From positions 64,001-128,000 of the forward strand of contig OY829846.1 of the NCBI GenBank assembly GCA_963691875.1: a stretch of DNA of 64,000 nucleotides, read 5' to 3'. Made by a program: the position numbers and the translations under genes. The DNA is from Aureliella sp. (GTDB taxonomy: Bacteria; Planctomycetota; Planctomycetia; Pirellulales; Pirellulaceae). Below the pieces are notes generated by a model that saw nothing but the letters and a program-made list of their open reading frames with translations, searched no databases and had not been told where the DNA came from. This document shows, in pieces, positions 52,575-61,927 of the stretch; position 1 is the first letter of the stretch; the number at the start of each line of letters is the position of its first letter.

Positions 52575-53770
52575 GCTCGGGCTCGACTCTTTCCTGAATT
52601 CGTAATAGAGTCGAATGGGAAGTGCTGAATTCAATCCAAATGGATACAGGGCTGACCATCGTTTCGAATGGTTGTCCGACACTTTATTGGAGAGGATCTT
52701 TTGCTGACGCGTTACGGCTCCAGGACCAATCGCGCGCAATCGTAAACTCGAGCGTTATTCGTACTAACTCGAGAGTAAATGAATCTGCAAATACTCGGCA
52801 AGGATGGAAGCGACCGTAGAACGCATCTCGAGACTTCAATCGTGATGCTTCGTAAGTCGTTGGGGTACACTGAAATCGTCAGCAGCAAAATTTCTTGTGG
52901 TGGCCACTAGAATGATGCTAAAGCGAAATATCACCCACCTTCGATCGGTCAACCGATCGCGTAACCTTGATATGCGACGGCAAAAGCCTACGACCAGCCG
53001 ATTGTTACGCCCGTCTGGCTGAAATTCCTCGGCAAGGTATTCACTGATGAGCTGTCGTCAAAAACGCCGGTGTCGGCGTTGAAGATCGCATTTGCAGATG
53101 TCAATGGCGATGTGAAAGGGCAATACGCTTAGGTGCACAAACAACGAAGGGACACTCAGATTCTGACGGGCGTGAACCTGACGGAAAAGCTCAATGTGAC
53201 TTATCCGCTCCGAAATCCAGAAGATGTAACGCGCGAGAGTTACGAATCAACGACTCGGACGATAACTACATTTGAACTAGGGTATTATTAACGCGAAGTC
53301 ATTTGTTCAGGTTCGTTTCTGACTACCCTTACAACGCCTTCAGGGCAAACCGCAAGGATGGTGCGGCGTCGTTGGCCGCAATGCTGATTTGGTTACAGAC
53401 TCTGATGCATCGGGCAAATGAATCGACCTATGCGCTGAAAGAGAATTCGCTAACGGCAAGACAGGAGTAACTTCGCCAACCCTACCCTTACGACTACGGC
53501 ATCTTGGTCGCAGCCTTTGCCAATCTAAATGGTGTGTACAAAGCACTGGATGCGGCTAAATAGGTTTATGTTGAACGCCTGATGGGGGAATCCGGTCCTG
53601 TGGAGAACACCTTTTCCATTAGGGAGTGACCCAGACGACCAATCTAAAAGCGCCAGAGGGATTGCCTAGTTCTGCTATTCGTAAAAAACCGAGGCGAATT
53701 TGCAAGCACTTGGCCACTAAACGCTTAAGCGGGTATAAAATATCGGCCAACTTACAGAGAAAGAGCTGCT

Positions 53771-54172
53771 ATGTCTTCGGAAACCGAACCGCTAGAGTTT
53801 GTGCGTGAAACCCAAGATCGCCTAAACGGCCGATGGAGGTTTCGTACCAAAATTGCCTTCGTCATATCTGCAGCCGGATTTCTCATAATTGGCTCAGTTG
53901 CTGGATTCTCCCTCGCCCGCACATTCACCCCTCTTAGCCAGGCGTCTGATTACGAGCGTGAGTTGGTGAATGGGCATCGACGCGCAAAAGCTGATTTCGA
54001 AAAGAACCTTGCCAAGATTGAAGACGCGAGTCGCGATGCGGCGCGCATAGCCCAGATTCTGAACAGCAAACGAATACCAACGCCGAGAGGGCAAGTGGCT
54101 ACCGAGGAGCGGAAGGTCCGCGTTAGCGCGAAACCTGCGACACCTGATATCGTAGCGCCCGAAAATCTCTAG
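53771..54172 (+). CDS. Hypothetical single-TM protein
   Basis: TM segment IAFVISAAGFLIIGSVAGFSLA followed by a helical segment. Confidence 0.55.
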   Translation: MSSETEPLEFVRETQDRLNGRWRFRTKIAFVISAAGFLIIGSVAGFSLARTFTPLSQASDYERELVNGHRRAKADFEKNLAKIEDASRDAARIAQILNSKRIPTPRGQVATEERKVRVSAKPATPDIVAPENL

Positions 54173-54276
54173 AAACGTGTTTCCAGTCGCACACCCATTT
54201 TGCTAGAAGGGAGTTCAAAGAAGGTCACGAACGGATTCGGACCTCAAATTAAAATTGCTCATGGAAGGGCATCAAA

Positions 54277-54603
54277 ATGCATTTTCTTCGATGTATTGTT
54301 CTGGCGTTTACTCTTCTCGCCAACTCTCTCACTGGTGACTCTGATATCTGTGTTCCATGCGCCGCGGAAGCTACAGCATTCGTCACCGCTGAAAACATTC
54401 TTATTGCTGCCGAAATGACCCTCCAAGCAGCAAAAGAGGCATTCGAAGATGATCCTTCCACTGAGAATGCATCAGCACTGTGCACTGCTCAAAACATCCA
54501 CGCCGCCGCATTGGCAACTTACAGCTCGGCACTCAGTGCCCTACAAGACTGCTTGTCGAGTGGTGGACCCATAATCGAAGACACAATTTCGATCCTTGAG
54601 TAA
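54277..54603 (+). CDS. Small secreted Cys-containing helical protein
   Basis: Signal-like N-terminus, CVPC...C...C, Ala-rich helices; GAAGGG upstream. Confidence 0.55.
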   Translation: MHFLRCIVLAFTLLANSLTGDSDICVPCAAEATAFVTAENILIAAEMTLQAAKEAFEDDPSTENASALCTAQNIHAAALATYSSALSALQDCLSSGGPIIEDTISILE

Positions 54604-54789
54604 ACGCAGTGCTGGAATACCCCCTAGGTTCAAAAGTTCTGTCTACATTTTGTACGTCGGTTTCGGGCCTCGCCCCATCATGCGGGCACCCGGTAGGGAT
54701 CCGCCGGAAGAACTCGTTGAGCCCGGGTGCAATAAATTGGATGTTCAGCGAGTAGGATGTGTTCGGTTCTTTCTCAGAGCAATACGCAA

Positions 54790-55167
54790 ATAGAACCATG
54801 AGAATCGAATCTACCTGAGGCTTGAGAGTATAGATCGGCCCGCTACCAAGGTAAAAGCACGCAGGCAAATAGCATTTGCGGATGCTTTCACAAGATCATC
54901 TTAGAAGAGTTCTACCAAATCGTATTTCGAGAAAGGATCTACGAAAATCTTGAGCAATTCCAATTGGTTCTACGTGACTGGATGAACAGCAACAACAGCT
55001 GAATACCACATAGTGGTCGCTACTGCTATGGCAAAACGCCGATGGAGACTATTAAAGGATCGCTGTGAGCGACCAAGGGGAAATTGCTCGATGGATCACA
55101 CAAAAAACTCCGCTGACAGCACTGTAAGGACAGGATGCAACTGTCAGCTCAAGCACGCGCCACTACA
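54790..55167 (+). mobile_element. IS481-family transposase remnant (3' end and right terminus)
   Basis: HENRIYLRLESID..TKVKA and NSICGCFHKIILEEFYQIVFRERIYENLEQFQLVLRDW..*IPHSGRYCYGKTPMET; terminus TGTCAG..CACTACA ends at 55167. Confidence 0.75.
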
Positions 55168-55326
55168 GATAAATGCTTATTTCAACGCTGGCGTGAAATG
55201 CCTGCCAAATACGCTATGTTCGCCCGGATGATCGATGTTCGCGGCAAATGTCTCTTCTTTGTCAGATGCAGCTGTGAGGAAAGCCTTTCGTTAACTGCGG
55301 CAGATTGCTGAGCAGAGGAATGCCCA

Positions 55327-56370
55327 CTACTTGCGACCAAGACTGTTCCTTTTGCGACTCATTACCGAAAACATCGCAATGCCGCCAAAAATCATAAGTG
55401 ACGATGGTTCAGGAACTGCTGTAAAGAATCCGTCGTCATAATTTTGTTTAATGCCGGGCAAACCGATAACACGAAACCCACCCCCGGGATTGTTTTCCAA
55501 AGTCGCAAATCGATCAAGCCGGGTGGATGATTGCAAAAACCAACTCGAGCTATTCCAATAGCCACCGCGGAATCCTCGATTCGCCAAAACGTCAGAGTTG
55601 GTGAAATCTACGCTGGTCTCTTCCCATTCGTCAACGTTGCCGTTCATTCCCACAACACCATATGCGTTCGCACCACCGGCCAGTGTTATATCCGCAGGAC
55701 CACCTATCGGCGCTGCGGGATGGCCGTATACGGCCGTGTTTGCGGCCGAGTCACTCACCACTGATGTAGGGATATCTCCAGTTAAGGTGGCATACTGCCC
55801 CCAAGTATCGGACACCGGATCGAAGTAGGCTGCTTTGTACCACTCGTCCGTACAAGGGAGAGCATAAACAGCTTTTGAATTACGGTAGGGGTTCATTGGA
55901 TCGTACCCATCGTCGCTTCCAGTCCAAAGCTCGTTCATGTCTCCAATCCCGCTGTCGGGTGCAAACTTATAGGCAGGGGCATACCCCTTGCTGGTATTCA
56001 TCCAATTCACAAAACGGGCCGCCTCCAACCAGGAAATCCCCGTCGCTGCTATGTTAGGACCATTGGCAGGATAGGTGCTATTGTTTGAATGCGTGATGGT
56101 CAGGTTATTACTATCGCCAAACAGCGCGTTGTATTTGTCTATCACGCCGCGGCTGATTTCGTACTTACCTACTTGGTATTCATAAGAAACCGAACCAGTT
56201 GGGCGTTGACCTGGATGGACATCAGCCGTGTTACCTGTATCTCCGATGGTCACAAATTCCATAGTGAACGCATTGCTGCCCGACCCGAACACAACGATTC
56301 CCGCCTGGGCTTCGGAACAAAGCAATGCTGGAAACGAAGAGAGAAGGATTAACACAGTTCTCAAAGGCAT
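55327..56370 (-). CDS. SUMF1/FGE-sulfatase-like (C-type lectin fold) protein with PEP-CTERM sorting signal
   Basis: GKYEIS, WLEAARFVNW, EWYKAAY, MNGNVDEW and RGG..GFRV; C-terminal VPEPSS, TM segment and RKR. Confidence 0.9.
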   Translation of the reverse strand: MPLRTVLILLSSFPALLCSEAQAGIVVFGSGSNAFTMEFVTIGDTGNTADVHPGQRPTGSVSYEYQVGKYEISRGVIDKYNALFGDSNNLTITHSNNSTYPANGPNIAATGISWLEAARFVNWMNTSKGYAPAYKFAPDSGIGDMNELWTGSDDGYDPMNPYRNSKAVYALPCTDEWYKAAYFDPVSDTWGQYATLTGDIPTSVVSDSAANTAVYGHPAAPIGGPADITLAGGANAYGVVGMNGNVDEWEETSVDFTNSDVLANRGFRGGYWNSSSWFLQSSTRLDRFATLENNPGGGFRVIGLPGIKQNYDDGFFTAVPEPSSLMIFGGIAMFSVMSRKRNSLGRK

Positions 56371-57107
56371 TTTGAATTTCTTTTTTGAACTAGGGCATCC
56401 GGCAGGTCCGATTTGTTAGAACCTTGCTGCTCGTCAGCCGAAAAGCAGACTACCTGCTCAAAGTGCGTGCACGACCGCGCATTATATTTAGTGACGTTTA
56501 GTGATAAAGGCTTTTCTATGCAAAACTTAATACTCTCGGTGCGATCGTGAAATTAATGACTAGTTAGTAAATATTTTACAGTTCCCGCTGCACGACCCAG
56601 TCGGCTCAGCATGCGTGAACCATCACCTTCACGTCGTACCGTCTCAATAGCAGTCTTGAAAAACTGCTTCGCTCAACTTTCTTATTAGATGCACACTTGC
56701 GTTCTGAAAACTCATGCTTTTGCTCCTCTCGATTGCATTGTCAGCAGAAACGTCCGAATTCGATCGTTATGTTTTAACGATGGTGTTGGACAAATGTTGT
56801 GTCTGCACCTGGCATGAAAATGAATGTTTGGATGCTGTTTTACGACTTAACTCGCAGCCATAGCGTTTACAGTTATCAACGCAGGTAACCAAGATTAAGT
56901 AAGTGAATTGCAAGAAGCACCACGGCGGCTGCGTTTTCTTCCACGTGGACAAGATGCAGATTTACCGAATGCTAATGCATAAGCATCTCTTAGGTGCATC
57001 GCTATCCACCTCCGAGCTACACCAGACAACCATCTCGAATTTAGATCGTGGATTGCAAACGCAAAAATACATTGACTGGACTCGGTACCGTCAATTGTTT
57101 GGGCTGC

Positions 57108-57540
57108 TAGAGTGCTCCCCTAAAACAGATTCGTGTGTTGTGTGAAAGATCTTACAAGGAGAGCTTCCATGAACAGAAAGCCAGAAAGACAAAAGCCTGA
57201 ACCTCTCGTACAAACACTCCAGAAGGGGCAAGCGATGGTTTCGGCCGGAACATCGGAAACAGAAGTTTTCGAGAGGCTTGAGATCACTGAGTCCACCTGG
57301 AAGAGATGGAACAGCTAGTACGGCGGAATCAAGTCCGATGAAGCCAAGCGACTACTTGGGCTTGATACAGAGAAACAGCGTTTCGAGGAAATGTTCGCTA
57401 TGGCAGGGCTGGATAAGCGTATTCTGAAGACCGCTCTGGAGGCAACTACTGAGCCCCGCACTGCGACGCGAAGCAGTCAGTCACGCAAAAGACTTGCGTC
57501 GTATCGCAGCGTCGAGCATTCGCATCTCGCAGTGCGGCTT
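57108..57540 (+). mobile_element. IS3-family element remnant (orfA with nonsense mutation, start of orfB)
   Basis: MNRKPERQKPE...LEITESTWKRWNS*YGGIKSDEAKRL..LD..ILK, then LLSPALRREAV in another frame; IR-like GAGTGCTCCCCTAAAACAGATTC upstream. Confidence 0.75.
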
Positions 57541-57821
57541 TAAGTCCAGTCGCTGCGCTCCCTACATTTAATCCGGCACACCGAACTTATCGGACAAAGG
57601 GGGCACTGCAGGGCTACACCCGGATTCTTGGCTACGTAGGAAACTCGGCATCGAGTCGCTGACGCTTGTATGGACACGGGGAGCTTAGCGATCGAGCAAT
57701 TTCTGATCGGTGCGTCCCACTTCATCGTCCTCTGATAGGCTCGCGAGTGTTGCCTTGCCCATTTTTAGTTGTGGTGGCTACGATGTCAGTGGGTTGTATG
57801 CCAGCTCCAATCACTCCCTTA

Positions 57822-58816
57822 TTATTTGATCTCGTTTGCCAATGATCCTATGGTCCACAATATGACGAGGAATTGGATTGCGATCGCGACAATGATGAAC
57901 ACTCCTAAAGTGTCCAAACGAAAAATCACCATGACCACACCTCTGAAATAGAGGTCCCACCATTTGTCTAAAACGCTTGTGTAGCGTTTTGTCCAATCGC
58001 ACAAGTAACATCTGTTTGGAGAACTCAAGACTTTACCGCAACTGGGGCACAATCCCTTGCGCTCGAAATTTCGTGGAAATCTCTTTTTGTCATATCCGAG
58101 CCATCCCTCCACAAATCCGTCATACCAGAAGCCGTACCAGAAAGGTATCGGCAAGAGCCCCACCACCAAGGAAATAAGGCGGAGCGTATACGGCATGGGG
58201 CGTTTATGGTCCTTATTTAACCGAAGATACTCTTCGTAATCTGAATTTAGTTTGAGTTGTTTTTCTGCACCTTGCCTTGCTGCCTTTAACTCTTCCTTTT
58301 CCTTCAACCTTTTTTCTTTGACTGCGAACTTCTGCTTGATGTTCACCCAAAGTAATTCGAAAAAGCCTTTACTGCGGGGATGGCGAGCTTTTGCAAATGC
58401 AGGGGGCGGAGGAGGTATAGGCGGTTGCGGTGGAGTTGATGCCTCCTTCGCCCCTCGGGTATCGACAGCAGGTTGTTCGGAGACGCTGAAGAATTGTGAA
58501 CTCGGTTTGAACGAATCAACTAAGCCTTGGCGGATTCGGGTAGTCGGTAACACCTCACCATTGGCAATCATCGATGTGAGTTTCGTTTTTACGAATGGCC
58601 CCTGAATTCCATTGGAAGATTTCACGTACCAGCCAAACTCATCCAAACGCTTAAAAAGCTTTCTAACATAATCAACAGAAAACTCTTTCCCCCCCTTTCA
58701 CCTTGGGTTATGCGAGCATTCGTAGGTATCTTATTAGCATTTAGAAGTACCCGAAGTTGCGATTCGGTAAACGGACCGCTTATTTTTTGGTTGATTCTTA
58801 TGAAGTACCGACTCAT
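57822..58816 (-). CDS. Tandem GYF_2 (DUF4339) membrane protein, interrupted at a G7 tract
   Basis: 58622-58816 (YFIRINQKISGPFTESQL) and 57822-58646 (WYVKSSNGIQGPF, Pro-rich linker, TM, CPSC..CYLC, TM) join in frame if the G7 tract at 58689-58695 were G8. Confidence 0.65.
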
Positions 58817-58971
58817 GTTCTGCTAGCTTCTGTGATGTTATTTCGGGCATGCTGTAACACCACCTCGTCTTGATCCTGCCCCAATTTTGCTAATAGAGGT
58901 CTTATTGTGGCTTTGGTTTTCAAAAATTGTGTGACGTTGCAATCAACTGTTACGTATTGAATTGTGGTGAG

Positions 58972-59688
58972 TTACAGCTGGTGATGTTCTTCGGCACCCG
59001 CGAGCTTCAGGATTTTTTCCCATAGTTCATAACGCTTCGGAGAGTCTTTTTTCAGCTGGAGCAATTTTCCGGCATCGAGGCAGCCTGCATATAACATGGC
59101 AAATTCAGCAAGATCCTCGTGAGCCACACCATCACCGTATCGGGATACGGAAACGTTATCAGCCTTCAATGCGAGGCTCCATTGTTCGAGAATGTCTGCC
59201 TGCTGAGCGCGAGCGCGCTGTTCCATGACATGACCGGCTTCATGCATGTACACGGCTGGACCGGCTTGTGGAATGATATTTAGATAATTTTGCGATCCGT
59301 GTGCGGCAGCACCATTTAGGGTCTTGTAGATGGCGATACCGTCTTTCCCCGGCTCCGATACAATTGCAAAGGCTCGTCGGTACAAAGGAGGCAGTTTTTC
59401 CAACTTGGCTGCGACATCAGCCAAACTTGTTTTTGACTGATCTTCGATTGAAATGCGGAAATCAGTTTTGCCCAAAGATACCAGCCAGGTTTTCCCCGGT
59501 GACTGCCCACGTTTTAAAGCTATGACGTTTGGCCCGGAGACAATCTTCAGCTTGTCAGTATTCTTTAATCCAGCCTTCAGGCAATATTGCTTGTAATCAT
59601 TCACAAGGTACTTCTTGTCCTGTGCACTGGCATCTGTGTCGATGAAAACCAATGCAATGGAAAGTGCTAAAGCTGTTTTTAATAACAT
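58972..59688 (-). CDS. Secreted putative zinc metallopeptidase (HExxH)
   Basis: Signal peptide; VYMHEAGHVME, then SVSRYG and HEDLAEF. Confidence 0.6.
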   Translation of the reverse strand: MLLKTALALSIALVFIDTDASAQDKKYLVNDYKQYCLKAGLKNTDKLKIVSGPNVIALKRGQSPGKTWLVSLGKTDFRISIEDQSKTSLADVAAKLEKLPPLYRRAFAIVSEPGKDGIAIYKTLNGAAAHGSQNYLNIIPQAGPAVYMHEAGHVMEQRARAQQADILEQWSLALKADNVSVSRYGDGVAHEDLAEFAMLYAGCLDAGKLLQLKKDSPKRYELWEKILKLAGAEEHHQL

Positions 59689-60106
59689 CTGAGATCTCGG
59701 GGGCAAATTCTTTTTTATCATCCTCAAGCTTCATCACTCGGCAAGCTTGTGTTTGCATCGCATTGTATCTGGCAATGCAGCAGCATGTTGGAAAGTAAGT
59801 CGGCTAATCCTTTAAGGGATGCAGCGATCAAGACCTCGCCAGGCAGCTTCTAGTAATTTGCTGCCGAACCTTGCTCCGTGGTGTAGCTGAAAGCAGCTCT
59901 CTGTGCGGCAATCTCTTGCTTTATTTTTAACTCGTTTCTGTCGAGACAATTGTGATAGTTACTTTCGCGGTCTTCCTGGTAAATGGCAGATTCCAGTGGC
60001 CGGCTGGTAGCGAGCTAGCCTAGATTTGCCCGTGATCTTTACTTAGGGTGAGCGGCCGTGAATAGCTCCTTATTTGGCTTCGAAACCCTGTGTTTCCTGC
60101 TAGATC

Positions 60107-60135
60107 TTGTGACGGGTAGAGGTCGCGGCTAGAAT
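60107..60135 (+). promoter_or_regulatory. Sigma70-type promoter upstream of the tRNA-Pro fragment
   Basis: TTGTGA (60107-60112), 17-nt spacer, TAGAAT (60130-60135). Confidence 0.6.
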
Positions 60136-60214
60136 AACGTGGCCTACTTCGGAAAGGCAGATCCCCCTGTTTTTCCTGGCGGTATTAAGTTTTCGAACTG
60201 CTGGAAAGCAACAT

Positions 60215-60256
60215 CGGGCTATAGCGCAGCCTGGCTAGCGCGCTACCTTGGGGTGG
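60215..60256 (+). tRNA. 5' half of tRNA-Pro(GGG), truncated after the anticodon loop; probable prophage att site
   Basis: CGGGCTA-TA-GCGC-AGCCTGGCTA-GCGC-G-CTACC-TTGGGGT-GG, then AAAA where TAG is expected. No T-arm or acceptor 3' strand follows. Confidence 0.8.
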
Positions 60257-60328
60257 AAAAAAGGCGGTTTCTGATATACTGTCTTTTCCCTTGGAACTCG
60301 CTCGATTTAGGTTTGCACGTCTCTCTGT

Positions 60329-60350
60329 CGGTCCTAAATCCGGTCCTAAA
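60329..60350. repeat. Tandem 10-bp direct repeat, putative integrase arm-type sites
   Basis: CGGTCCTAAA at 60329-60338 and 60341-60350; partial inverted copy GATTTAGG at 60304-60311. Confidence 0.55.
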
Positions 60351-60362
60351 CAAGAGCAGCAG

Positions 60363-61406
60363 ATGGCACGACCTAGCAAGCCTTACTTCAGCACAGAGAA
60401 GAAAAAATGGCTTGTCACGATCAAAGGCAAGCGGATCGATCTGGGGCGAGACGAAGAGAAGGCGATGAAGAAGTTTCATCGCTTGATGTCCGCAGAAGAA
60501 GAGATCGGTGGCGAGATCGTCAACTTGTACCGCTTCTCGCAAGTCTACTTGAGCTGGCTCAAGAAGAATCGCAAAGAAGCCACCTACCTAAAAGTGCGGC
60601 GGAGCCTGAAGAGCTTCATCGAGCACGTCGGAAAGAGACTCTATGTCGCGAGTCTCAGGGGGCACCACATCACTAAGTGGCTAGAAGCAAACCCTGGTTG
60701 GCAGAGCCCGACGACGCAGAACATCAACGTGCGATGCGTAAATGAGATGCTCAATTGGGGAGTCGCAGAAGGGTATTTCGACAAGAACCCTATCCGGTAC
60801 TACAAGAAACCAGCCGAGCGGACTCGGGATGCTTACTACTCAAACGAGCAGTGCAGCGAACTACTTGCTGCAGTGAAGAAGATGCGAGGCGACGTTGGTG
60901 TGCTGGTCGAGTTCCTTCTGGAGACAGGAAGCAGACCACAGGAAGTCCGCTTGATGCAAGGTCGTCACCTTAAAGATGATACATGCTTCATTCCGGCAGA
61001 AGAGGGCAAGATGGGACAGGAGAGAACCATTTACCCTAACAACAAAGCGCTTGCCATTCTAAGAGCCCAAAGGGAGAAGCGAGAGACTGACAACGAGTAC
61101 TTGTTCTTGAATGATCACGGCAAGATGTTCACCAAGGACACTATCATCAACGCTTTCAAACGCGCCGAGAAAACAATCGGATGGAAAGCTCGTTCATACG
61201 ACCTGCGGCACACTTGGTGTACCAATGCTCTTATGGATGGGCTGGACTGCACTGCCGTCGTTCAGTTGATGGGGCACAAAGATCCAGAGATGGTGATGAA
61301 GGTCTACAGCAAGCTGCAGAAAAACCCTGGCTTTCTGAGAGAACAAGCAAACCGCGTTAGAAATGTATCTCCTCAGGTTCCGGAAGAGAGTCAATCTTCG
61401 GCGTAG
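60363..61406 (+). CDS. int: Tyrosine recombinase / phage integrase
   Basis: Basic N-terminal arm-binding-like region, ETGSRPQE (R), YDLRH, LMGH and catalytic Tyr in KVYSK. Confidence 0.9.
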   Translation: MARPSKPYFSTEKKKWLVTIKGKRIDLGRDEEKAMKKFHRLMSAEEEIGGEIVNLYRFSQVYLSWLKKNRKEATYLKVRRSLKSFIEHVGKRLYVASLRGHHITKWLEANPGWQSPTTQNINVRCVNEMLNWGVAEGYFDKNPIRYYKKPAERTRDAYYSNEQCSELLAAVKKMRGDVGVLVEFLLETGSRPQEVRLMQGRHLKDDTCFIPAEEGKMGQERTIYPNNKALAILRAQREKRETDNEYLFLNDHGKMFTKDTIINAFKRAEKTIGWKARSYDLRHTWCTNALMDGLDCTAVVQLMGHKDPEMVMKVYSKLQKNPGFLREQANRVRNVSPQVPEESQSSA

Positions 61407-61668
61407 CATGAGCCTGCAGGTACTCGTCGATATGCTTACCCGTAATCCGGATCGCGTTTCCAATACGGTAGTGACCGAGTTTTCCGGAATTAACTAGGCG
61501 CCGTACTACGTGTTCGGACACCTGGAACAGTTCGGCAGCTTGCTTCACGCTCTTGTAAAGCTCTGGCTTTTCTTTTTCGTGGGTGGTCGTCGTCATGGTT
61601 GTGGTCAGCTCTTGCCTTTGCCGAAGATCGAGATTCCTAGTTGTGCCCAGAAAAGCATCATTCATCAT
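61357..61668 (-). CDS. Excisionase-like helix-turn-helix DNA-binding protein (HTH_17)
   Basis: SVKQAAELFQVSEHVVRRLVNSGKLGHYRIGNAIRI; start may be 61596. Confidence 0.8.
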   Translation of the reverse strand: MMNDAFLGTTRNLDLRQRQELTTTMTTTTHEKEKPELYKSVKQAAELFQVSEHVVRRLVNSGKLGHYRIGNAIRITGKHIDEYLQAHATPKIDSLPEPEEIHF

Positions 61669-61924
61669 TATTGTTTGTACTGTCTTGGCTCACCTCTTTG
61701 AGCTGTTCTCTGAGCCAAGACTTGGGAAAGAATACAAATGCGGGAACAGCGATGACAAACGAGACAACACTACCAAGTGCTAAAACAAGCGCTGATGCTA
61801 TTAGTACAATCGCAAACACAGCGATTGCCACAAGTACGAACACTAGCCCCACGCGAAACCGAACTGTGTCCCATGTTCTTCGCATCCATTTACCTTCTTT
61901 CTTCTGTTCAAGTTCTGAGCTCAT
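61658..61924 (-). CDS. Small phage membrane protein
   Basis: 88 aa with a ~40-residue hydrophobic stretch, packed between polA and xis. Confidence 0.6.
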   Translation of the reverse strand: MSSELEQKKEGKWMRRTWDTVRFRVGLVFVLVAIAVFAIVLIASALVLALGSVVSFVIAVPAFVFFPKSWLREQLKEVSQDSTNNNDE

Positions 61925-61927
61925 TTT

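Noticed and set aside
52620..53560. Possible RHS/YD-repeat gene remnant
   Set aside because: Coding-like fragments are present, but no convincing YD motif or RHS core could be identified.
55327..57100. Possible diversity-generating retroelement around the CLec/FGE-fold gene
   Set aside because: No reverse transcriptase and no template repeat matching the 3' region were seen in the window.
60115..60126. GGTAGAGGTCGC upstream of the tRNA half resembles the missing 3' anticodon stem and variable loop (permuted tRNA?)
   Set aside because: No TTC T-loop or TAGCCCG acceptor strand follows, and it sits in the promoter spacer. Treated as probable coincidence.
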